A stretch of DNA of 64,000 bases from an uncultured Bacilli bacterium (GTDB lineage: Bacteria; Bacillota_I; Bacilli_A; RF39; UBA660): the NCBI GenBank assembly GCA_934183155.1, contig CAKPSB010000007.1:5768-69767 (forward strand), written 5' to 3'. The position numbers and the translations under genes were made by a program. The notes under the pieces were generated by a model. It was not told the origin of the DNA. It was given only the letters and a program-made list of their open reading frames with translations, and searched no databases. Each line of letters starts with the position of its first letter. Position 1 is the first letter of the stretch. Positions 18,556 through 25,368 of this stretch are shown in pieces.

Positions 18556-18564
18556 TGTTATAAT
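18556..18564 (+). promoter_or_regulatory. Extended -10 element upstream of the cassette
   Basis: TGtTATAAT 27 nt upstream of the GAGGTGA RBS and the ATG at 18592. No good -35 seen. Confidence 0.45.
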
Positions 18565-18591
18565 ATAAATGTATATGTGAGGTGATAGGGT

Positions 18592-19179
18592 ATGTTAGTT
18601 ATTTTTGAAGGATTAGACAATTGCGGTAAAACTACATTAGTACAAATGATAAAAGATTATTATTTAAAATTAGGAATAGATGCAGAAATTTCTAAAGAAT
18701 TTGAAACTAATATAGGTAAGGAATTAAAGAAAATGGCAAAAGAAGGAACTTTAGATCCTATCTTAAAAGCATATCTGTTTGCAACTGATAGATATATAAG
18801 AATGAAAAATATAGATCAAGAAGATTTAAAAAATAAAATAATGTTATTTGATCGATACGTTCCGTCTGCTCTTGCTTATCGTATGGCGGAAGGTGTTGAT
18901 AAAAATTGGGTAACTAATATAAATTCAGTTTTTCCAAAAGCTGATATAGGATTTTTTATTGATATAACGCCAAATGAATCTGTTAACAGAAATACAGATG
19001 CCAAATTTAATATAAAAGCAACACCTGAGCATTTAGGAAAAGTTAGAAGTGCATATTTGTCTATTCTTGATGAAAATAATCTTATTTATATTAATGGAAT
19101 GCAACCGATTGAAAATATATTTGGTGAAGTTATTGATAAAATAGAGGAGTTTAGAAAAAAGAATGAGAGAAAATTTTAA
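18592..19179 (+). CDS. Thymidylate kinase-family (dNMP kinase-like) protein
   Basis: 195 aa. P-loop VIFEGLDNCGKTT, DRY motif LFDRYVPSALAY, Tmk-like length and LID region (NESVNRNTD). Confidence 0.75.
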   Translation: MLVIFEGLDNCGKTTLVQMIKDYYLKLGIDAEISKEFETNIGKELKKMAKEGTLDPILKAYLFATDRYIRMKNIDQEDLKNKIMLFDRYVPSALAYRMAEGVDKNWVTNINSVFPKADIGFFIDITPNESVNRNTDAKFNIKATPEHLGKVRSAYLSILDENNLIYINGMQPIENIFGEVIDKIEEFRKKNERKF

Positions 19180-19795
19180 TAATCTATTAGAAAATTTAAA
19201 AAAGTGTGAAATTTGTAAAGAAAAATTTGGATTTCAGCCTCATCCTATATTTTTAGGTAATGTTAATTCTAAAATAGTTCAAATTAGTCAGGCACCATCT
19301 GCCACTGTCCATGAGACATTAAAACCATTTACAGATCAAAGTGGAAAAAAATTAAAATATGAGTGGTATAAGATTGATGATGAAACATTTTACAATCCAG
19401 ATAATTTTTATATTGCAGCGCTTGCACATTGTTATCCTGGAAAAGATAAAAATGGTAACGATAGAATGCCACCAAAGGTTTGTTATGAAACTTGGATAAA
19501 AGAAGAACTAAAATATATAAACAATAAACTTTATATAATAATTGGTGCAAAAGCAGCAAGAGTTTTTTTTCCAAATGAAAAATTTAATGAATTGATTTTC
19601 AAAAATAATTTTATTAATGAAAAATTAGCAATTGTATTACCACATCCATCACCACTTAATATAAAGTGGTTTAAAGAGCATCCCGAATTTATGAAAAAAA
19701 GAATATTTGAAATAAGAAAAATAATAAATGAAGTATTGGAGGAAGAAAAAAATGATAGATTTGAAACAAATACAAAAAGATGTTTATCAAAATAA
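19163..19795 (+). CDS. Uracil-DNA glycosylase superfamily protein (probable 4Fe-4S type, atypical motif A)
   Basis: 210 aa. KIVQISQAPS (motif A position), KPFTDQSGKKL, LPHPSPLN (motif B). Cys15-x2-Cys18 plus Cys90 and Cys107, as in family 4/5 Fe-S UDGs. Start overlaps the upstream stop by 17 nt. Confidence 0.7.
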   Translation: MRENFNNLLENLKKCEICKEKFGFQPHPIFLGNVNSKIVQISQAPSATVHETLKPFTDQSGKKLKYEWYKIDDETFYNPDNFYIAALAHCYPGKDKNGNDRMPPKVCYETWIKEELKYINNKLYIIIGAKAARVFFPNEKFNELIFKNNFINEKLAIVLPHPSPLNIKWFKEHPEFMKKRIFEIRKIINEVLEEEKNDRFETNTKRCLSK

Positions 19796-20066
19796 GTTGG
19801 ATAAAGGTTTTAATGTTACAGATATTAATAAAGAGTTTTGTTTAACATATGGTGAAGTAGCTGAGGCATATGAAGCGTGGCGTAAGAAAAAAGATGATGT
19901 TGGAGAAGAAATAGCTGATGTTGTGATTTATCTACTAGGATTATCTGAGATTTTAAATGTTGATTTGGAAAGTGAAATTTTAAGGAAAATTAATAAAAAT
20001 AAACACAGAGAGTACAAAATAATTGACGGTGTAAATACAAGAGTTAAAGAATATGAAGAAAATTAA
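19752..20066 (+). CDS. MazG-like nucleotide pyrophosphohydrolase (small all-alpha NTP-PPase)
   Basis: 104 aa from the ATG at 19752 (GGAGGAAG RBS 19738-19745). E-x2-E ... E-E-x2-D metal motif (GEVAEAYEAW..VGEEIADVVIYLL). The track start at 19728 is less likely. Confidence 0.7.
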   Translation: MIDLKQIQKDVYQNKLDKGFNVTDINKEFCLTYGEVAEAYEAWRKKKDDVGEEIADVVIYLLGLSEILNVDLESEILRKINKNKHREYKIIDGVNTRVKEYEEN

Positions 20067-20994
20067 TATATATTTGGCTACAAAATTATATAGTTTTTTT
20101 GATAGAAAAACATCTGTAATTATGTATAATAGCATTTTAAATAGTAAAAAATTCAGAAACGATAAGATATATTTACCATTTAAGGATAGTAATATGAAGG
20201 TTAGTACAGACGGAAATGTTGCTAAAAATATATTTGAAGCAGATATAAATTCGTTAAATAATACTGATATATTTATAACAAGACTTGACGGAATGTCTTA
20301 TGATGCAGGTGTTGGATTTGAAATTGGATACTGTTTAGCTAAAAGTGTTCCTCTTTATATTTTTAATACTGATTTCTATAAAAATAAATTATTAAGTAAC
20401 TTTGAATATAAGTTATCACCTATAATTGATAAAATTGCCAATGTATTTAAATATGAATATATAAATGATAGTAAATTGGAATATGAGGATGAATTGGATT
20501 TTAATATTAATTTGTTTTCTAAATTTGTCTATGAAAAAATAAACAATACAAAAGAAAAAATATATGAATATACTGATGGCAATGAGAAATTTGACGTTTT
20601 TATAGATTTATTAGGTATGAAATATGAATGGAATAAAATAATAATTGATAAAATAACTAAAATATTAGATGAAAATAGTATTACGTATTGGATTAGTAAT
20701 AGATATTCATCAGGATATTCAGTTGATGTTGATTTGAAAAATTTAAAAAATAGTAAGATTTATTTAACATGTTATGATGAAAATGAACCAGATATAGATT
20801 CTGCTATTTTACAAGGATTTGCTTATTATAATAAATTAAATATTATTGGATATGAATCAAATCCTGTTAAATATTATGTTGAAGGAAAGCAAGAATTTGG
20901 TGTTACATTAATGTTAGAGCAGTCATGTTCTACATTAACAAAAAGTATAGATAAGAGTATAAAAGTGATAATCAATAATATAAAGCATAATTGA
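20053..20994 (+). CDS. Tandem nucleoside 2-deoxyribosyltransferase / DNPH1(Rcl)-fold protein
   Basis: 313 aa. The N-terminal half has IYLATKLYSF..IFEADINSL..DIFITRLDG..YDAGVGFEIGYCLA (NDT signature with nucleophile Glu). The C-terminal half repeats the pattern (FIDLLG..IYLTCYDENEPDIDSAILQGFAYY) with Gln in place of Glu. Confidence 0.65.
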   Translation: MKKINIYLATKLYSFFDRKTSVIMYNSILNSKKFRNDKIYLPFKDSNMKVSTDGNVAKNIFEADINSLNNTDIFITRLDGMSYDAGVGFEIGYCLAKSVPLYIFNTDFYKNKLLSNFEYKLSPIIDKIANVFKYEYINDSKLEYEDELDFNINLFSKFVYEKINNTKEKIYEYTDGNEKFDVFIDLLGMKYEWNKIIIDKITKILDENSITYWISNRYSSGYSVDVDLKNLKNSKIYLTCYDENEPDIDSAILQGFAYYNKLNIIGYESNPVKYYVEGKQEFGVTLMLEQSCSTLTKSIDKSIKVIINNIKHN

Positions 20995-21015
20995 TACCAT
21001 AATGGTATCTATTTT
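20993..21015 (+). terminator. Intrinsic terminator of the cassette
   Basis: GATACCA (20993-20999) pairs with TGGTATC (21003-21009), followed by TATTTT. Overlaps the stop codon. Confidence 0.55.
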
Positions 21016-21147
21016 AATGTAATTTAAATATTTTAGAAGAAGATAAAAGAATTTAAATTATGAAAATATTTAGAATGAACCTTGATAATTGAAATGGCTT
21101 CATTGTTTTATTGTAAAATAAGTGTTAAAATAGGTTATTAGAAAACA

Positions 21148-21208
21148 TTTAGTTTTATTTAGTAAATTTGTGGCTGACATGTGTGCCCTATGCGTGTCTA
21201 CAAAAAAA
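21148..21208 (+). repeat. Right copy of the imperfect direct repeat flanking the cassette
   Basis: TTTAGTTTTATTTAGTAAATTTGTGGCTGACATGTGTGCCCTATGCGTGTCTACAAAAAAA. The core matches 18451-18491 at about 34 of 42 positions (hand alignment). Confidence 0.7.
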
Positions 21209-21296
21209 TGACCTATCAGTTAAGTTCTAGGCCATGAATTTTTGCTGATTGGACATGAATTTGTTGGTTGATATTGGTCATGATAAGGAGGTAGTT

Positions 21297-23246
21297 ATGT
21301 TTAATTTAATGTCAAAATATATACCTAGTGGTGATCAACCAGAGGCAATAAATTCATTAGTTAAAGGAATTGGAAATGGTGAGAAGTATCAAGTTTTACT
21401 TGGAGCAACGGGGACTGGAAAAACTTTTACAATTGCAAATGTAATAGCTCAAGTTAATAAACCAACTCTAGTTTTAGCTCATAATAAAACCTTAGCAGGG
21501 CAACTTTATGCAGAGCTTAAAGAGTTGTTTCCAGAGAATCATGTATGCTATTTTGTTTCTTATTATGATTATTATCAACCAGAGGCTTATGTAGCTAAAA
21601 CAGATACTTATATTGAAAAGGATGCTTCTATTAATGATGAAATAGATGAGCTTAGACATTATGCAACGGCTAGTTTATTAGCACATAAAGATGTTATTGT
21701 TGTCGCTTCTGTTTCTTGTATTTATGGTATTGGTGAAATTGAGGATTATGAGAAAAAAGTATTGTTTTTAAGCGTTGGTGAAACGGTAGATAGAGATAAA
21801 ATTATTGAAAAATTAATTGATATGCTTTATGAAAGAAATGATATTGATTTAAAAAGAGGCTCTTTTAGGGTTAGAGGCGATGTTTTAGAAGTTGTTCCGA
21901 TAGGTCAGCACACACATGGAATTAGAGTTGAATTTTTTGGTGATGAAATTGATAGAATAAGTGAATTTGATTTAGTTACAGGGAGTTTGGTTAATGATAA
22001 AAAAACTTATACTTTGTTTCCGGCAAGTCATTTTGTTACGAGTGAGGATAAGCTTAAAATTGCTATTAAAAATATTAGAAGTGAACTTGATGAACAACTT
22101 AAAAAATTTAAAAGTGAAAATAAATTACTTGAGTATCAAAGATTGAAAGAAAGAGTTAATTATGATTTAGAGATGCTTGAAGAAACTGGCTTTTGTAGAG
22201 GTGTTGAAAATTATTCAGCGCCGCTTGCTTTGAGAAAACCTGGAGATATGCCAACTACGTTAATTGATTTTTTTGGTGATGATTTTTTGTTAGTAGTTGA
22301 TGAATCACATGTTACTTTACCACAGGTTAAAGCGATGTATAATGGTGACAGAGTTCGTAAAGAGTCGCTGGTTAATTATGGCTTTAGGCTTCCGAGTGCA
22401 CTTGATAATAGACCTTTAAAATTTAATGAATTTGAAAGTAAAATTAGACAAGCTATTTTTGTTTCGGCTACTCCTGGTGATTATGAACTTGAAAAATGTC
22501 ATCATAAGTATGTTTCACAAATTATTAGACCAACTGGGTTGCTTGATCCGGTTATTACAGTTAAATCAACAAAAGGTCAAATTGATGATTTAGTTAGTGA
22601 AATTAATAAACAAATTAATAATAATGAAAGAACATTGATTACTACTTTAACTATTAGAATGGCTGAGGAATTGTCTGGTTATTTAAAAAAACTTGATATT
22701 AAAGTGGCTTATCTTCATAATGAAGTTAAAACTTTAGAAAGAATGCAGATAATTCATGATTTAAGATGTGGTAAATATGATGTGGTTGTTGGTATTAATT
22801 TGTTACGTGAAGGTATTGATATTCCTGAAGTTAGTTTAATTGCTATTATGGATGCTGATAAGCAAGGATTTTTACGTAGTGAAAGGAGTTTATTACAGAC
22901 CATTGGTAGAGCTGCTCGTAATGCTAATGGTAGAGTTATTATGTACGCTGATGGTATGAGTCAGGCGATGAATGTGGCTATAAGTGAGACTAATCGTAGA
23001 AGAAGTATACAAATGGCTTATAATGAGAAAAATGGAATTGTTCCTAAAACAATTGTTAAAGAAATAAGAGATGTAATTTCTAATAAGTTTGAGATTAAAG
23101 ATAAAAACAAGAAGCTTTCTAAAAAAGATAAGGAAAGTTTAATGTCTGATTTAGAAAGAGAAATGAAATTAGCTGCTAAGAATCTTGATTTTGAAAGAGC
23201 TATGGAACTTAGAGATGCTTTATTTGAGTTGCAAAGTGAAGACTAG
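21297..23246 (+). CDS. uvrB: Excinuclease ABC subunit B
   Basis: AAGGAGG RBS, then the ATG at 21297 (the track start at 21249 adds 16 aa). [26 protein letters not shown], helicase motifs, C-terminal UVR domain ([16 protein letters not shown]). Confidence 0.97.
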   Translation: MFNLMSKYIPSGDQPEAINSLVKGIGNGEKYQVLLGATGTGKTFTIANVIAQVNKPTLVLAHNKTLAGQLYAELKELFPENHVCYFVSYYDYYQPEAYVAKTDTYIEKDASINDEIDELRHYATASLLAHKDVIVVASVSCIYGIGEIEDYEKKVLFLSVGETVDRDKIIEKLIDMLYERNDIDLKRGSFRVRGDVLEVVPIGQHTHGIRVEFFGDEIDRISEFDLVTGSLVNDKKTYTLFPASHFVTSEDKLKIAIKNIRSELDEQLKKFKSENKLLEYQRLKERVNYDLEMLEETGFCRGVENYSAPLALRKPGDMPTTLIDFFGDDFLLVVDESHVTLPQVKAMYNGDRVRKESLVNYGFRLPSALDNRPLKFNEFESKIRQAIFVSATPGDYELEKCHHKYVSQIIRPTGLLDPVITVKSTKGQIDDLVSEINKQINNNERTLITTLTIRMAEELSGYLKKLDIKVAYLHNEVKTLERMQIIHDLRCGKYDVVVGINLLREGIDIPEVSLIAIMDADKQGFLRSERSLLQTIGRAARNANGRVIMYADGMSQAMNVAISETNRRRSIQMAYNEKNGIVPKTIVKEIRDVISNKFEIKDKNKKLSKKDKESLMSDLEREMKLAAKNLDFERAMELRDALFELQSED

Positions 23247-23266
23247 TTTTAGTCTTCTTTTGTTTT
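23238..23266 (+). terminator. Intrinsic terminator after uvrB
   Basis: GAAGACTA (23238-23245) pairs with TAGTCTTC (23250-23257), followed by TTTTGTTTT. Confidence 0.7.
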
Positions 23267-23305
23267 AGCATTTGGAATATGCTATAATGTAGGTGGTGAA
23301 GAAAT

Positions 23306-23725
23306 ATGATAAAAAAAAGAATTATTAAAGTGTTTGATTGGGGTTTAAGAATAGTTAGTTATACTATTGTTTTGATGCTTATGACGCTTATTTTTAAAAA
23401 TACTCTATATATCGATAATTCTTTTTATGGTATTTGGTGTTTAGTAGCTTCGCTTTTAATCTATTTACTTAATAAAACAATTAAACCTTTTTTAATTTGG
23501 TTAACGATTCCAATTACTGGAATTACGTTGGGGTTGTTTTATCCTTTTGTTAATTTGATTATTTTGAAAATAGTTAGTTTAATTTTAGGAGATCATTTTA
23601 TTATTTATGGTGTTTGGTATGCTTTATTTGTAGCTATATGTATTTCAGTTATTAATGTTGTTTTAGATATGACTGTTTTTAAATCTTTGACATTTAAGGA
23701 GGATAAGGATGAGTCCAATAATTAA
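23306..23725 (+). CDS. YvlD-type 4-TMS membrane protein (phage holin family IV-like)
   Basis: 139 aa, four hydrophobic segments. IKPFLIWLTIPITGITLGLF..VN..IL resembles the YvlD/PF04020 pattern. Confidence 0.6.
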   Translation: MIKKRIIKVFDWGLRIVSYTIVLMLMTLIFKNTLYIDNSFYGIWCLVASLLIYLLNKTIKPFLIWLTIPITGITLGLFYPFVNLIILKIVSLILGDHFIIYGVWYALFVAICISVINVVLDMTVFKSLTFKEDKDESNN

Positions 23726-24497
23726 TTTAGGTTTTATTTCTATTCATTGGTATTCTATTATGCTTTTTTTAGCTATTTTGTTTGGCTCTAATGTGGCTAC
23801 TGATGAAGCTAAAAAACATGGATTTAGTGAAGATTTTATGGTTAATATGCTTTTCTTAACTATTGTTTTAGGTATTGTTGGCGCAAGAGCTTATTATGTT
23901 ATTTTTAATTTTGATTACTATTTAATGAACCCACTTGAAATTTTTGAAATTTGGAATGGAGGACTTGCTATTCATGGAGGAATTTTATTTGGCCTTATTT
24001 CTGTTTATGTTTATTTGCATAAAAAGAATGTTAGTTTTGTTAAAATTTTAGATTATGTGGTTGTTGGATTTATTTTGGCTCAAGCAATAGGACGATGGGG
24101 TAATTTTTTTAATGGTGAAGCTCATGGTGAGGTATGTAGTTTGGCTTTTTTGAAAAGTTTACATTTGCCTTCTTTTATTATTAATGGTATGTATATTGAT
24201 GGTAATTATTATGTTCCAACTTTTTTGTTTGAATCTATTTGGTGTTTAATTGGGTTTGTTATTATGATTATTTTTAGAAGAAAAAAATTTATAAAAGTTG
24301 GTTATTTGAGTAGTTTTTATTTAATTTGGTATGGTTTTGAAAGATTTTTCGTTGAAGGTATGCGAACTGATAGTTTAATGTTTTTTTCTTTAAGAATAGC
24401 TCAAATAGTTTCTTTATTTATGATGTTATGTGGAATTATTTTGTTTATTTATAGTTATAAGAAAAAAATAGGATATGGAGATGATTTGAATGAATAG
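23709..24497 (+). CDS. lgt: Prolipoprotein diacylglyceryl transferase
   Basis: IHWYSIM, GARAYYV, IWNGGLAIHGG, GRWGNFFNGEAHG. Confidence 0.93.
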   Translation: MSPIINLGFISIHWYSIMLFLAILFGSNVATDEAKKHGFSEDFMVNMLFLTIVLGIVGARAYYVIFNFDYYLMNPLEIFEIWNGGLAIHGGILFGLISVYVYLHKKNVSFVKILDYVVVGFILAQAIGRWGNFFNGEAHGEVCSLAFLKSLHLPSFIINGMYIDGNYYVPTFLFESIWCLIGFVIMIIFRRKKFIKVGYLSSFYLIWYGFERFFVEGMRTDSLMFFSLRIAQIVSLFMMLCGIILFIYSYKKKIGYGDDLNE

Positions 24498-25368
24498 ATG
24501 TGTAATTATTGGAGCTGGTCCTGGTGGTATGAGTGCAGCTTTGTATTTAAAAAGATCTGGTATTATGCCTATTATTATTGATGATATGCCTGGTGGTGAA
24601 CTTTTGAAGCTTGGAAAGATTGATAATTATTTAGGTTTACAGACAGATGGAATTACTTTAGCTATGAATATGATTAATCAGCTTAAAGAAAATGGTATTT
24701 CAATTGTTAAAGATAGAGTTACCTTGGTTTCTAAGTGCTCTTCTGGTTTTAAAGTTTGTTTAAAAAAAGGCGGAGATATATTTTGCTCTAAGGTTATTTT
24801 ATCTAGTGGTAAGAAGCCGAAGCTTTTAGGTATAAATGGAGAAGATAAGTTAATTGGACATGGGATTAGTTATTGCGCTGTTTGTGATGGGGCATTTTAT
24901 AGAGGCAAAGATGTTTGCGTTGTTGGCTCTGGTGATGGTGCTTTTTCGGAGGCTTTGTATTTATCTAAATTATGTAATAAAGTTTATATTTTAGCTAGAA
25001 GTGATCTTAGAGCTTCAAATGATCTTATTTCTAAAACGTCGAATAGTAATATTTTTGTTTTAAAAAATAGTAGTATTGCTTCTTTTATTTATGAAGATAG
25101 TATTAGTGGTGTTATTCTTAGTGATGGTAAACAATTAGAAGTAAGTGGAATTTTCGTATCTATTGGTGGAGTTCCACAAAGCAATATTTTAGATTTTTCT
25201 GTTGATATGAAAGATGGATATATTATAACTGATGAAAATATGGAAAGCAGTGTTAAAGGATTTTATGCGATTGGTGATGTTAGATTAAAAAAGTTTTATC
25301 AAATTTCTATTGCTGTAGCTGAGGGAGCTATTGCAGCGCTTAATGTAGGTGATGATGTAGATGTTTAA
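24490..25368 (+). CDS. Thioredoxin reductase-like flavoprotein
   Basis: VIIGAGPGGMSAALY FAD motif, redox CAVC, second GxGxxA (VVGSGDGA), FYAIGDV. The NADPH HRRxxxR motif is altered (see findings). Confidence 0.75.
   Translation: MNRCVIIGAGPGGMSAALYLKRSGIMPIIIDDMPGGELLKLGKIDNYLGLQTDGITLAMNMINQLKENGISIVKDRVTLVSKCSSGFKVCLKKGGDIFCSKVILSSGKKPKLLGINGEDKLIGHGISYCAVCDGAFYRGKDVCVVGSGDGAFSEALYLSKLCNKVYILARSDLRASNDLISKTSNSNIFVLKNSSIASFIYEDSISGVILSDGKQLEVSGIFVSIGGVPQSNILDFSVDMKDGYIITDENMESSVKGFYAIGDVRLKKFYQISIAVAEGAIAALNVGDDVDV

Larger units (their letters stand above)
18349..21296 (+). mobile_element. Accessory insertion between the displaced uvrB 5' fragment and intact uvrB (no recombinase gene visible)
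   Basis: Bounded by the uvrB duplication breakpoint (18348/18349) and the intact uvrB start. Carries one four-gene operon flanked by imperfect direct repeats. The element may also include the uvrB 5' end up to 21566. Confidence 0.5.

Noticed and set aside
17952-21296. LexA/DinR (Cheo) box GAAC-N4-GTTC upstream of either uvrB copy
   Set aside because: I read both upstream regions (17952-18078 and 21209-21296) and the junction at 18349-18365 (GGAACGCCTCTAAAAC). No GAAC-N4-GTTC palindrome is present, so no SOS box is claimed.
16231-21296. Integrase, transposase, IS ends or a tRNA target in the accessory region
   Set aside because: No ORF in any frame of the track shows recombinase motifs (tyrosine or serine recombinase, DDE). 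No terminal inverted repeats and no tRNA-like sequence were recognised. The region is therefore called an insertion, not a defined mobile-element family.
23306-23725. A holin-family protein as a sign of a prophage lysis cassette next to the island
   Set aside because: It is a YvlD-type housekeeping membrane protein, overlapping lgt by 17 nt. No endolysin or phage structural genes lie nearby. A uvrB/yvl/lgt neighbourhood is also seen in Bacillus.
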